From: Acidimicrobiales bacterium
GTDB lineage: Bacteria; Actinomycetota; Acidimicrobiia; Acidimicrobiales; SZUA-35
Assembly: GCA_024638815.1 (NCBI GenBank)
Contig: JAHEJM010000010.1
Location: forward strand, 939 to 64,938
Direction: 5' to 3'
DNA: 64,000 bases
The notes below the pieces were generated by a model, which saw only the letters and a list, made by a program, of their open reading frames with translations, ran no database searches and had not been told where the DNA came from. Both the position numbers and the translations under genes were made by a program. Each line of letters opens with the position of its first letter. Position 1 is the stretch's first letter. Positions 26,854 through 36,552 of the stretch are shown here, piece by piece.

Positions 26854-27282
26854 ATGGATAACGGCAGCTCTCGTCGGCTTACACCCCGTGAGCGGAGACG
26901 GAGAGGGCGGCGCTGGCGGCCGACTGGCCGACGGAGCTCGGCACCGTCCAGAACCCGCGAGCCGAGGCCAAGCGAATGGTCGGCGAGTTCGTGGTCTTCT
27001 GTATTGAGGACCCGGTGCGCTACCAGCTGCTGTATCAGCGGGTCATTCCCGACTGGGAGCCGAGTCCCGAAACCTACGCCCTGGCCGTTGGAGCAGGTTG
27101 ACCACCTACGGGCCAACCTGGCCAGCCTCGGAATCGTTGAAGCCGAGGCCGTCGACTTGTGGACGGCGATGGTCACCGGCCTGACCGATCAGCAGATCAG
27201 CAATGACCCCGGTTGCGACCGGTGGAGCCGTCTCGTCGATCGGGCCGTGGACATGTTCTTCGACCATGTCGGGATCAAGTGA
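26854..27282 (+). pseudogene. TetR-family regulator remnant (HTH domain missing, frameshifted)
   Basis: The TetR C-terminal-domain-like sequence is split over two frames. One reads ...EAKRMVGEFVVFCIEDPVRYQLLYQRVIPDWEPSPETYALAV and ends at a TGA. The next reads EQVDHLRANLASLGIVEAEAVDLWTAMVTGLTDQQISND. No N-terminal HTH can be read upstream. Confidence 0.5.
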
Positions 27283-27286
27283 TCCC

Positions 27287-27553
27287 GTGACTCTCAAGGA
27301 GCACCATGATGGTCAATGCACGTTCATATTGAAAGACACCTCGCGCGGTGACTTCGCCGCCGTCGGGCGATTCGACGATTGGCGGCCGTTGGCCCGCGAC
27401 GCCTACAAGCGTCTGGCCGACGGGTTCGAGGCGCTTGACCCCGATGATTGGGAACGGCCCACTCCGCGCGAGGGCTGGACCGTACGCGATCTGGGCGGCC
27501 ATCTGGTTGGTGCCATGCGGGGGGCGGCTCGACTACAGGAGATGATGTCGTAG
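27287..27553 (+). pseudogene. Truncated DinB-like / mycothiol maleylpyruvate isomerase N-terminal domain gene
   Basis: LADGFEALDPDDWERPTPREGWTVRDLGGHLVG matches the start of the MDMPI_N/DinB fold. The ORF ends about 75 codons in, exactly where lower-G+C DNA carrying a TA cassette begins. Confidence 0.45.
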
Positions 27554-27646
27554 TCATTCGAAGGTTGAGTGGGTTGCAGGAAAGTCAGTGGGAACTCAAG
27601 CCGCCGGCTCTTGCAGGACGAGCGATTACAGATGTAAGATAGCTGT

Positions 27647-27871
27647 ATGACAACCAGCATTACGGTGAGGCTCGAAGACCGGCACATCGAGTGGTTGAAG
27701 TCGCGCGGAACCTCAATGACCGAAGCGGTACGGATGGCGCTCGATCGAGCCATTGAGGAGGAGAGCTATCGTCGAGCTCAAGAGGTGTTACGCCGAATCC
27801 CGCTGGATTCGGTTGATGACTGGGGTGACCCCGAGGATTTCATGCTGCGGGCGCGACCCGATGCGGGGTGA
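27647..27871 (+). CDS. Ribbon-helix-helix (CopG-like) antitoxin
   Basis: 74 aa. The N-terminal beta-strand plus helices ITVRLEDRHIEWLKSRGTSMTEAVRMALDRAI form an RHH pattern. It overlaps the toxin gene by 11 nt. Confidence 0.75.
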   Translation: MTTSITVRLEDRHIEWLKSRGTSMTEAVRMALDRAIEEESYRRAQEVLRRIPLDSVDDWGDPEDFMLRARPDAG

Positions 27872-28160
27872 ACTGCACTGGGCAGAGATCGTGCACGATG
27901 ATGGTGCCGTGAAACGTCGGCCCGTGTTGGAGGTCTCGGCGGTGGACCTGCGAACGCCACTGGTGGTTCCGGCGACAACGGTGGTGCGCGATCTGCCGTC
28001 AGAGGTACCACTAAAGGCCTTCGGCCTGCGAGGCGTCCTCAACACGTTGTCAACCGGTCCGATCCGCCGGGAGAATCTGACGGAAACGATCGGACTTGTC
28101 GACGATGATCTGCTCGATCAGGTGTGCCGAGCGCTTGCCTGGACGACAGGCTGCCGATAG
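27861..28160 (+). CDS. MazF/PemK-like toxin (type II TA)
   Basis: 99 aa. RGELHWAEIV...KRRPVLEVS...VVPATT...ETIGLVDDDLLDQVCRAL follows the PemK/MazF pattern (rGdi-w-v ... kRPvlVvS ... v-P-Ts ... iG-l). Confidence 0.75.
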   Translation: MRGELHWAEIVHDDGAVKRRPVLEVSAVDLRTPLVVPATTVVRDLPSEVPLKAFGLRGVLNTLSTGPIRRENLTETIGLVDDDLLDQVCRALAWTTGCR

Positions 28161-28219
28161 GTCCTTCGGGCGACCAACACGGGTTCAAGTAAGAACCGCC
28201 GGGTGTCGGGGGAGCGGCC

Positions 28220-28469
28220 TTTCGGTGGAGCCGAAACTCGGTTAGGGGTTGCTCCGCAACCCCGGCGTGCGCGAGGAGGGATTTGGATTGATCTCCGGGT
28301 GATGGTCTCGGCGGTCGACGTTTCGGTGGAGCCGAAACTCGGTTAGGGGTTGCTCCGCAACCCCGGCGTGTGGGTGGTGGGGTCTGGATTGATCTTCAGG
28401 TGATGGTCTCGGCGGTCGACGTTTCGGTGGAGCCGAAACTCGGTTAGGGGTTGCTCCGCAACCCCGGCG
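28220..28469. repeat. Three tandem 101-bp repeats of the tRNA-Leu 3' flank (each with two hairpins; two also carry a pseudo tRNA 3' end)
   Basis: An identical 48-nt core TTTCGGTGGAGCCGAAACTCGGTTAGGGGTTGCTCCGCAACCCCGGCG occurs at 28220, 28321 and 28422. Copy 3 abuts the real tRNA. Copies 1 and 2 are followed by TGCGCGAGGAGGGA and TGTGGGTGGTGGGG, which mimic the tRNA 3' end. Confidence 0.9.
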
Positions 28470-28553
<84 letters not shown>

Positions 28554-28652
28554 GAGTGTCTGAACCGTAGAGCAATTGTATCGCAGCATCGTAGCGCGGT
28601 TTGCCCTCCGTGCGATCCCAATACCGATTGTGGGCGAGTACCGTATACATCC

Positions 28653-29315
28653 ATGGTTCTGAAAAGCTTCGAGGACCGTCTGGAGCGCTTGGTGGAGGGC
28701 ATGTTCTCGCGGGCGTTCAAGAGCGGTCTACAGCCGGTGGAGGTAGGTCGCCGCCTCATTCGTGAGATGGAAGCAAGTCGAACCGTCGACGTCAGCGGCC
28801 GGGCCCTGGCCCCCAACCGGTTCGTGATCCGGATCTCGGAGGAGGACCATCAACGCTTCGCCGAGTTCGAGAAGTCGCTGATCGCGGAGCTGGCGGCCAC
28901 GGTGCGGGGGTATGCCGCCCAGGAGAACCTCTCGTTCATCGGTCGGGTCTCGGTCGAGCTGCAGGCCGACCCGACCATTCGGGTCGGCATGTTCCGCCTC
29001 CACCCCTCCTATGACGAGCGCCTACCCGAGGTCGAACCCGATGGCTGGCTCGAAGGACACGATGGTGTCCGCTATCGGCTCAAGAACGGGGTCATGTCAA
29101 TCGGTCGGATGTCCACCGGAGACATCGTGCTCAGCGACCCCAACGTTTCCCGGCGTCACGCCGAACTGCACCCTCTGGGCGACACGTATCAGTTGGTCGA
29201 TCTCGGGTCGACCAACGGGTGCAAGGTCAACGGTCAGCGCATCGAACGCCAGGTCCTGGTGGACGGCGACGAGCTGACGTTCGGGCCGGTCACCCTTCGT
29301 TTCCGCCGCCCTTGA
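28653..29315 (+). CDS. fhaA: FHA domain protein FhaA (DUF3662 + FHA)
   Basis: The N-terminal MVLKSFEDRLERLVEGMFSRAF is DUF3662-like. The C-terminal FHA is IGRMSTGDIVLSDPNVSRRHAEL...LVDLGSTNGCKVNG. It is the first gene of the conserved cluster. Confidence 0.85.
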   Translation: MVLKSFEDRLERLVEGMFSRAFKSGLQPVEVGRRLIREMEASRTVDVSGRALAPNRFVIRISEEDHQRFAEFEKSLIAELAATVRGYAAQENLSFIGRVSVELQADPTIRVGMFRLHPSYDERLPEVEPDGWLEGHDGVRYRLKNGVMSIGRMSTGDIVLSDPNVSRRHAELHPLGDTYQLVDLGSTNGCKVNGQRIERQVLVDGDELTFGPVTLRFRRP

Positions 29316-29352
29316 TGTACGACTCCATTCTTGTTGACTAGCCTGCTCTCCA

Positions 29353-29814
29353 GTGTCTGACGCTCTTCTCACCTTGTTGAAGTGGTGCCTGCTAGCATTG
29401 ATGTACCTCTTCTTCTTTCGAGTGCTACAGGCGACCTGGTTAGGTTCCACCACCAACGTGGCGGTCCGGAGGGTGACAAAGGCTCGCCCCGGTCGATCGA
29501 AGAAGCAGGCAAGGCCGGCGGCGGCACCTTCGTCGAGCATGGTTGTGCTCGAGCCTTCCCATTTGGCCGGCAGACAGTTCAACATCATGGGGGAAACGAC
29601 CATTGGAAGAGCAGCCGGCTGTCAGATCAGCCTGGACGACACCTACATGTCGCAGCTTCATGCTCGGATATCACCCACCGGCTCGGGCCTCCTCATCGAG
29701 GATCTTGGTTCCACCAACGGCACCTATGTCAACCGGCAAAAAGTGACCGCCCCTGTGATCGGTGAATCGGGCGATCGCGTCCAGCTCGGCGGGATTGTGA
29801 TGGAGCTTCGCTAG
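29353..29814 (+). CDS. fhaB: FHA domain protein FhaB/FipA
   Basis: An N-terminal TM is followed by the FHA segment TTIGRAAGCQISLDDTYMSQLHARI...IEDLGSTNGTYVN. Confidence 0.85.
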   Translation: MSDALLTLLKWCLLALMYLFFFRVLQATWLGSTTNVAVRRVTKARPGRSKKQARPAAAPSSSMVVLEPSHLAGRQFNIMGETTIGRAAGCQISLDDTYMSQLHARISPTGSGLLIEDLGSTNGTYVNRQKVTAPVIGESGDRVQLGGIVMELR

Positions 29815-31337
29815 TGCGACTCTGGGGTGCCACCTCGTCCCACGTCGGGAACGTGCGAGAGGTCAATCAGGACCGTGTCTACTTCCGCGGCTCGATTGCC
29901 GCCCTCGCCGACGGCATGGGTGGGCACCAGGGGGGAGAGCGGGCGGCCGAGTTGGCCATCGGCGAGTTCCGTATCGTTCGGTCCGAGCTGAGCCAGGCCG
30001 AGCTGGTCGATGTGGTCGAGGAGGCGAACCGTCAGGTTCATCAGCAGGCCGTGAACCCCGACCTACGGGGGATGGGCACCACCGTGGTGGCCTTGGGTCT
30101 TCACAAAGACGATTCGATTACCGTGGTCAACGTGGGCGACAGCCGTGCCTACTGGCTGCGGGATGACACGCTGGTTCAGGTCACCGAAGACCACAGCTTC
30201 GTCGAGGATCTTGTCCGACAGGGCCGGTTGTCGCCGGACGAGGCCCAGCTTCACCCTCAGCGGAACATCCTGACCCGAGCCCTGGGCATTGCCGATGAGG
30301 TGATGGTCGACCGCTTCGAGCTGGAACCGGAGGTCGGTGACCGTTTCCTGCTGTGCAGCGACGGGCTTTTCAACGAGGTGGAACTCGACGACATCGGCGC
30401 CATTCTGCTGGAGCACGAGGATCCGTCGGAGGCGGCCGATCGCCTGGTCGCCGCCGCCCTGGCCACACCATGCCGTGACAACGTGACCGTGGCCGTGGTC
30501 TCGGTGGTCGAGGATGATCACCCTGCCGTGGTCGGAACCGAACTGGACCATGGCATCGACCTCTCTCCGCCGGAGAAGATCACGGCTCAGCTGCCGATCG
30601 TGACCAAGGACGTGGTGAAGATCACCGATCGCCCCGATGGCGGCGATGGCAAGCGATCGAAGTCGGGTGGCGTCGACACTCTGGTGGCCGAGGCGGAGAC
30701 GGCGCGAGCCGAACCCGAAGGCCGGAGCGGTGTTGCCACCGGGCGGGTGGCCAACGACCGGGTCGACGACACGGCCAAAGCCAAGGGTGACGACTCGGCC
30801 AACGGCACGGCCGCCGGTATGAGAATGGTGCGTACGACCACGACCGCCGAGCGGGCCAAGCCGGTGCCCCGTCGAGGCACCGAATCGAAGCCCGCCGCGC
30901 TCGACACCGAACTGGACCGTCGCCGTCGTCGCTGGTGGCCGGCCGTGGCCGCGGTGCTGCTGGCCGGGCTGGTCGCTGTCGGCTACGTCGGAGCCGAGCG
31001 CTACAACGATTCCCTCTATCACGTGTCCGCCGTCGACGGGGAGCTGGTCATCTTCCACGGTCGTGAAGGCGGACTGGTGTGGATTGAGCCGGTGGCGGAA
31101 GAGCGCACCGGGCGCTTCGTTGATGACCTGACCGAGGCGTCCCGGGCCACTCTTGACGGCTGGGATCACTTCCCCTCGCTGCGGGATGCCCAGCTCAGTG
31201 TGGACAATCTCGAAATCGAGCAGGAGAGGATCGTCGGCGCCGACGGCGACGAACAGCCTCCGGGCGCGTCGGCCGGCGCCGGTTCGACCAACGATCAGCG
31301 GGGCGGGGACGACGACGCCGACAGCCAGGGCGGGTAG
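29814..31337 (+). CDS. pstP: PP2C-family Ser/Thr phosphatase PstP
   Basis: PP2C motifs NQDRVY, LADGMGGHQGGE, LLCSDGL and DNVTVAVV. A TM helix (WWPAVAAVLLAGLVAVGYV) and an extracellular domain follow. The GTG start overlaps the fhaB stop. Confidence 0.9.
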   Translation: MRLWGATSSHVGNVREVNQDRVYFRGSIAALADGMGGHQGGERAAELAIGEFRIVRSELSQAELVDVVEEANRQVHQQAVNPDLRGMGTTVVALGLHKDDSITVVNVGDSRAYWLRDDTLVQVTEDHSFVEDLVRQGRLSPDEAQLHPQRNILTRALGIADEVMVDRFELEPEVGDRFLLCSDGLFNEVELDDIGAILLEHEDPSEAADRLVAAALATPCRDNVTVAVVSVVEDDHPAVVGTELDHGIDLSPPEKITAQLPIVTKDVVKITDRPDGGDGKRSKSGGVDTLVAEAETARAEPEGRSGVATGRVANDRVDDTAKAKGDDSANGTAAGMRMVRTTTTAERAKPVPRRGTESKPAALDTELDRRRRRWWPAVAAVLLAGLVAVGYVGAERYNDSLYHVSAVDGELVIFHGREGGLVWIEPVAEERTGRFVDDLTEASRATLDGWDHFPSLRDAQLSVDNLEIEQERIVGADGDEQPPGASAGAGSTNDQRGGDDDADSQGG

Positions 31338-31338
31338 C

Positions 31339-32712
31339 ATGCGGGCCCGATCCGTCGAGCTGGTCCTGCTCATCCTGGCCACCTTCGTCACCGTCGTCGG
31401 GTTCGTCACCATCGGCCTGGTCCAGGCCGAGGCCGGTGATGTCAACTTCGATCTGCGGGATGACGTCACCGGGTTCCTGCTGGTGGTGGTGGGCCTGCTG
31501 TTGGGGGCCCACATCATGATCAGACTGTTCGCCCCACTGGCCGACGCCATGTTGTTCCCGTGCGCCGCCCTGCTGAACGGCTTGGGCTATGTGATGATCT
31601 CCCGCCTGGATCAGGGATTGGCCGACAGCCAGTCGGCCTGGACCTTCATGGGGGTTGCCGCCTTCTGCCTCGTCCTGCTCGTCCTAAGGGATCCCCGCCG
31701 GCTCGAGCCCTACCGCTACACCCTGGCCGTGGTCGGCGTCGGTCTGCTCCTGTTGCCGCTGGTGCCCGGCCTGGGGGCCACGATCAACGGGGCCCGCATC
31801 TGGCTTCGGGTCGGTCCGTTCTCCATTCAGCCCGGCGAATTCGCCAAGGTGGTGCTCGCCGCCTTCCTGGCCGGTTACCTGGTGGACAAGCGGGAACTAC
31901 TCACCCTGACCGGCCGCCGCATCGGGCCGCTGCATGTGCCCCACGCCCGCCACTTCGGCCCCCTGCTGCTGGCCTGGGGTGTGGCCCTGATGGTCATGAC
32001 CGCCGAACGCGATCTGGGCTCGTCGCTGCTGTTCTTCACCCTGTTCGTGGTGATGTTCTATGTGGCCACCGCTCGGGCCGCCTACGTGTTCAGCGGCCTT
32101 GTCCTGTTCATGGCCGGCGCGGTGTTGTCGTGGCGCATGTTCTCCCATGTACAGCGCCGGGTCGACATCTGGCTCGACCCCTTCGCCGACGCCAAGGGTT
32201 CGGGGTTCCAGATCGCCGAGGCCGCATTCGCGCTGGCCGACGGGGGTCTGACCGGCACCGGCCTGGGGCAGGGCACGCCGAAGAAGATCCCGTATGCCGC
32301 CACCGACATGATCTTCGCCGCCTTCGGTGAGGAGCTGGGACTTCTGGGTGCGTCGGCACTCCTCATGACCTTCATGTTCTTCGTCGCCGCTGGATTCCGG
32401 GTTGCCACCAATGCCCGCTCGCCGTTCGAGAAGCTCCTGGCCGCCGGGTTCACCGCCCTGATCGGCTTCCAGGCGTTCATCATCATCGCCGGAATACTGC
32501 GGGTGCTCCCGCTGACCGGGGTCACGCTGCCGTTCGTGTCGTACGGTGGTTCGTCACTGATCTCGAACTACATCATCCTGGCTGTGCTGATGCGCATCTC
32601 CCACAACTCCACCGAGCAGAGGGCCGAGGAGCTGGACGAGATCGAGCGCTCCGGTCACTCGCTCAACGTCAGTGCCCGCGCCCGTTCCGACTGGAAGGCC
32701 GTGGCCCGGTGA
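31339..32712 (+). CDS. rodA: SEDS family peptidoglycan polymerase (FtsW/RodA)
   Basis: Multi-TM protein. SIQPGEFAKV, ERDLGSSLLF and LPLTGVTLPFVSYGGSS are typical SEDS blocks. The ATG lies 1 nt after the pstP stop. The longer 31153 ORF lies inside pstP. Confidence 0.9.
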   Translation: MRARSVELVLLILATFVTVVGFVTIGLVQAEAGDVNFDLRDDVTGFLLVVVGLLLGAHIMIRLFAPLADAMLFPCAALLNGLGYVMISRLDQGLADSQSAWTFMGVAAFCLVLLVLRDPRRLEPYRYTLAVVGVGLLLLPLVPGLGATINGARIWLRVGPFSIQPGEFAKVVLAAFLAGYLVDKRELLTLTGRRIGPLHVPHARHFGPLLLAWGVALMVMTAERDLGSSLLFFTLFVVMFYVATARAAYVFSGLVLFMAGAVLSWRMFSHVQRRVDIWLDPFADAKGSGFQIAEAAFALADGGLTGTGLGQGTPKKIPYAATDMIFAAFGEELGLLGASALLMTFMFFVAAGFRVATNARSPFEKLLAAGFTALIGFQAFIIIAGILRVLPLTGVTLPFVSYGGSSLISNYIILAVLMRISHNSTEQRAEELDEIERSGHSLNVSARARSDWKAVAR

Positions 32713-32782
32713 TGTCGATCATGTGGGCGGTCATGAAAGCGGTCAGTCAGACCGTTCCGGGGGCACTGCGGCGGGGTGACCG

Positions 32783-34291
32783 GTGAACAAGCCGCTGAAG
32801 CATGTTGTCGCCGTACTGCTGGGATGTTTCACCATTCTGTTCGTGCAGCTCAACCGCATCCAGTTCTACGACGCCGACGCCCTCATCGACAATGCGGCCA
32901 ACACCCGGACCATCCAGCGCAAGTTCGATGTGCCCCGGGGCTTGATCGTGACCGCCGACGGTGTGGTGGCGGCCGAATCCCTCGACACCCCGGGCGGTGT
33001 GTTCTCCCGCCAGCGCAACTACCCCCAGGGCAACCTGTACGCCCATACCGTGGGCTATCTCAGCTTCAACTTCGGGGCCGACGGCGTGGAGCGAACCTAC
33101 AACGACGCCCTTATCGGGGCCACACCGGGTCAGGAGCTGTCGGGCCTGACCGACCTGCTCGACGGGGAGGGCAACCCGATCGGCAATGTCGTTCTGAACC
33201 TCGACCACGAACTCCAGCAGGCGGCCAAGGCCCAGCTGGGGGAGCGGCCGGGCTCGGTGGTTGCACTCGACCCGGTGACCGGAGCGGTCAAGGCCATGTG
33301 GAGTTACCCATCGTTCGATCCCAACCGCCTGGCCGTCAATGACGGCTCGGTGGCCAACGAGGCCTGGACCGAGCTGGTCGAGGCCGACGGCAATCCGCTC
33401 CGTCCCCGGGCCTATCGCGAGATCGACTTCCCCGGCTCCACCTTCAAGGTCATCACGGCCAGCGCCGCCCTGGAACGGGGCATTGCCACCATGACCCAAC
33501 CCGAGTTCGAACCGGCGGCGGAGTATGTGGCGCCCCTCACCGAGCGGCCCCTCACCAACTTCGGGGGCGGCACCTGCGGGGGCAATCTGACCGAGCTGCT
33601 GGTGGTGTCGTGCAACACCGGTTTCGGCAAGCTGGCGGCCGAGTTGATCGGGCCCGGGGCCCTTTCCTCCGAAGCCGAGGACTTCGGGTTCAACCAGGTG
33701 CCGCCGCTGGACCTGCCCGACCCGGCGGCCAGCCGGTTCCCGACCGACTACGGATCACTGGTTGCGGGCCCGAGCGAGGAGATCCCGGCCGGCGTCTACG
33801 AGGACACCCCCCTGCTGGCCCAGGCCGGTATCGGCCAGTACGACGTACAGGCCACGCCGCTGCAGATGGCGCTGGTGGCGGCCGCCGTCTCCAACGGAGG
33901 TCGGGTTCCGACAGCCCACGTGGTCGATCGCATCGAGGACTCGGTGACCCTCGAAGTCATCGACGACGTCGGCCCCGGAGCATGGCGTCAGGCCGTCGAC
34001 CAGGACACGGCGGGTCAGGTGGCTCAGGCCATGGTCCAGGTGGTGGAGCGGGGCTCGGGTCGGGCCGCCGCCGTGCCCGGTGTGGTGGTGGGAGCCAAGA
34101 CCGGTACCGCCCAGCTCGGCACCGATCCGCCCCGATCCCATGCCTGGCTCATCGCCTTCGCCGGCCGCCCGGACGGCCCGCCCGAACTAGCCGTGGCGGT
34201 GCTGGTGGAAGGGCAGGAGGGGCTGGATCAGACCGGCGGTGGGGCGGCCGCCCCCATCGCCCGAGCCTTGTTCGAGCGTTACTTCCAGTAG
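32783..34291 (+). CDS. pbpA: Penicillin-binding protein A (class B transpeptidase)
   Basis: An N-terminal TM is followed by the transpeptidase motifs GSTFK (SxxK), SCN (SxN) and KTGTA (KTG). Confidence 0.9.
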   Translation: MNKPLKHVVAVLLGCFTILFVQLNRIQFYDADALIDNAANTRTIQRKFDVPRGLIVTADGVVAAESLDTPGGVFSRQRNYPQGNLYAHTVGYLSFNFGADGVERTYNDALIGATPGQELSGLTDLLDGEGNPIGNVVLNLDHELQQAAKAQLGERPGSVVALDPVTGAVKAMWSYPSFDPNRLAVNDGSVANEAWTELVEADGNPLRPRAYREIDFPGSTFKVITASAALERGIATMTQPEFEPAAEYVAPLTERPLTNFGGGTCGGNLTELLVVSCNTGFGKLAAELIGPGALSSEAEDFGFNQVPPLDLPDPAASRFPTDYGSLVAGPSEEIPAGVYEDTPLLAQAGIGQYDVQATPLQMALVAAAVSNGGRVPTAHVVDRIEDSVTLEVIDDVGPGAWRQAVDQDTAGQVAQAMVQVVERGSGRAAAVPGVVVGAKTGTAQLGTDPPRSHAWLIAFAGRPDGPPELAVAVLVEGQEGLDQTGGGAAAPIARALFERYFQ

Positions 34292-34447
34292 GGCTCGACC
34301 CGGCGGTGCAGCGTTATCCGCCCCCTGATCACTGCCGCCCAATCGGTCATTATTGTACGGATGTTTAGGCTCGTTTTTGGAAAGAATCGCTTGATCCGGC
34401 CGGTGTGCGCCGCTTGGCCCATCGGCTTGAGTACCATTGAGGCCGTT

Positions 34448-36550
34448 GTGACGAACACCTCGGCTGCTCGCCCGGTTCTGAATGGACGTTACGAACTGCA
34501 CCGGCGTATCGCCCGGGGTGGTATGGCCGACGTCTTCCTGGCCAAGGATCAGCTTCTCGACCGCCCGGTTGCGGTCAAGGTGCTGTTCCCCCAATACGCG
34601 GCCGAGCCCACCTTCGTGGCCCGATTCCGGCGCGAGGCGCAGGCCGCCGCCAACCTCAACCACCCCAACATCGTGGCCGTCTATGACTGGGGCGAACACC
34701 AGGGCACGTACTTCATCGTGATGGAGTACGTCGAGGGTCGCACCCTGGCCGACATCATCGCCGCCGAAGGTCCCCTTCACCCGGAGCGGGCGGCCGACAT
34801 CGCATCCGAAGTGGCGGTGGCGCTCAGTTTTGCCCACCGCAACGGCACCGTGCACCGCGACGTCAAGCCCGGCAACATCATGATCACCCAGGCCGGGCAG
34901 ATCAAGGTCGCCGACTTCGGTATCGCCCGGGCCTTCGGCGGCTCCGACGACGAGCTGACCCAGACCGGTTCGGTCATGGGGACGGCAACCTACTTCTCAC
35001 CGGAGCAGGCCCAGGGTCGCACCGTCGACCCCCGCAGCGACCTCTACTCGCTCGGTGTGGTGCTGTTCGAGATGGTGGTGGGCGAGCCGCCGTTCCTGGG
35101 CAACACCCCGGTGGCCATCGCCTACAAGCACGTTCAGGAACCACCGCCCCGGCCCACCTCGCGGAACCCCATGGTGCCCCCGACCATGGATTCCATCATC
35201 TACCGTCTGCTGCAGAAGAACCTGGCCGACCGCTACCCGGCGGCCGAGGAGCTCCGCACCGATCTGCGCCGGTTCCGCAACGGTCAACCGCTGGCCAACG
35301 GCAGCGGCCCGGTCACCGAACCCACTGCGGCCTACAACGCGATTGAATACGACCCCACCATGGCCATGGCTGCGGGTGTGACAACGGCGGCCATGTCGGT
35401 GCGCAACCCCGACACCGGTTCGTCCCGGGCGCTGATCGACACCTCCCGGGCCGTTCCCGCCTCGGCCGCCCGGGCCCAGGAGGAACCGGTCGAGGAGTAC
35501 TACGAGCCCCCCAGCCGGACCGGCATGTTCGTGGTCATGCTGGCCGCCCTGCTGGTCGGTCTGGTCGGACTCATCTACTACATCACCAACACCTTCGGAG
35601 CTAACGACGACACCGACGCCGCCCAGGTCGAGCAGGAGCAGGTTCCCACCGTGGTCGGTGAGAACGCCACGACGGCCAAGAACCGCTTGACCGATGCCGG
35701 CTTCGAGGTCGTGATCGAATTCGAGGCCAGCGAAGACGTGCCTCCCAACGACGTCATCAGCCAGGACCCCGAAGGCGGGACCATGGTCGACGTCGGTTCC
35801 GTCATCACCCTCCTGGTCAGTGAGGCCGAGGAGCAGGTGCCGGTGCCCCAGGTCATCGGCATGACGCTGGACGAGGCCCAGCAGGCATTGCTGGACGTGG
35901 GGCTGGCGTTCGACATCCAGCGTGAGTTCAGCGACAGCGTGCCCCTCGATCACGTGATCGACACCGACCCCGCAGTGGGTGAGGATGTGGGCAAGGGATT
36001 CCGCGTCCAGCTCATCGTGTCCAACGGACCCGATCAGCTGGTCATCCCCCAGGTCGCCGGCCGTAGCGCAGCCGATGCAACTGCCGCCCTCCAGGCCGAG
36101 GGTTTCACCAACATCGTCCAGCAGGAGCAGGGTTCGGCCACCGTTCCCGCCGGTCAGGTCATCGAGACCGCCCCGGCCGCCGGTGAGCCCTACGCCCTGG
36201 ACAAGCAGATCGTCATCTACGTCTCGAGCGGCCCCCAGAACGTCGTCCTGTCCGATCTGCGGGGTAAGGATCCCGCCGCCGCCGAGACCTGGTTGAACGA
36301 CAACCAACTGGCGGCCCAGATCGAGTTCGTCGACCTTCAGCCCGGCGACGGTCGCATCGGCCTGGTCATCGAGCAGAGCCCGCAACCCGGTCAGACCGTA
36401 CAGCAGGGTTCCACGGTGGTTCTCCAAGTCGGTCGGGAAGGTCAAGCAACCACAACGACCTCGTCGACCACAACCACCCAACCTGAACAGACGACCACCA
36501 CCGAGAACACCACGACCACCGAGGCCGACAATGGAGACGGTGGCGGCTGA
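34448..36550 (+). CDS. pknB: Ser/Thr protein kinase PknB with four PASTA domains
   Basis: Kinase motifs GGMADVF, VAVKVL, HRDVKPGN, DFGIA and SPEQ. A TM helix and four PASTA-like repeats follow, then a Thr-rich tail. I prefer the GTG at 34448 (GAGG 6 nt upstream) over the 34361 ORF start. Confidence 0.9.
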   Translation: MTNTSAARPVLNGRYELHRRIARGGMADVFLAKDQLLDRPVAVKVLFPQYAAEPTFVARFRREAQAAANLNHPNIVAVYDWGEHQGTYFIVMEYVEGRTLADIIAAEGPLHPERAADIASEVAVALSFAHRNGTVHRDVKPGNIMITQAGQIKVADFGIARAFGGSDDELTQTGSVMGTATYFSPEQAQGRTVDPRSDLYSLGVVLFEMVVGEPPFLGNTPVAIAYKHVQEPPPRPTSRNPMVPPTMDSIIYRLLQKNLADRYPAAEELRTDLRRFRNGQPLANGSGPVTEPTAAYNAIEYDPTMAMAAGVTTAAMSVRNPDTGSSRALIDTSRAVPASAARAQEEPVEEYYEPPSRTGMFVVMLAALLVGLVGLIYYITNTFGANDDTDAAQVEQEQVPTVVGENATTAKNRLTDAGFEVVIEFEASEDVPPNDVISQDPEGGTMVDVGSVITLLVSEAEEQVPVPQVIGMTLDEAQQALLDVGLAFDIQREFSDSVPLDHVIDTDPAVGEDVGKGFRVQLIVSNGPDQLVIPQVAGRSAADATAALQAEGFTNIVQQEQGSATVPAGQVIETAPAAGEPYALDKQIVIYVSSGPQNVVLSDLRGKDPAAAETWLNDNQLAAQIEFVDLQPGDGRIGLVIEQSPQPGQTVQQGSTVVLQVGREGQATTTTSSTTTTQPEQTTTTENTTTTEADNGDGGG

Positions 36551-36552
36551 TC

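Noticed and set aside
28161-28220. A GGGTTCAAGT string resembling a tRNA T-arm on the plus strand.
   Set aside because: No acceptor or anticodon stems can be built around it, and its orientation is opposite to the real tRNA-Leu. It is probably a chance match.
28220-28469. Regularly spaced 101-bp repeats considered as a CRISPR array.
   Set aside because: - The segments between the identical cores are homologous to each other and to the tRNA-Leu 3' end, so they are not unique spacers.
- There are only three units.
- No cas genes lie nearby.
31153-31338. N-terminal extension of rodA (ORF start at 31153) and similar long-ORF extensions at 41151, 6893, 14540, 15173, 25786, 43686, 49122 and 50889.
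   Set aside because: - The extensions overlap upstream genes or lack an RBS.
- Internal starts restore typical N-termini, RBS spacing, or ATGA/GTGA coupling.
30063-31550. 495-aa ORF antisense to pstP/rodA.
   Set aside because: It spans two well-supported genes on the other strand and has no motifs. It is a shadow ORF.
34997-36481. 494-aa ORF antisense to pknB.
   Set aside because: It is a shadow ORF. The plus strand carries all the kinase and PASTA motifs.
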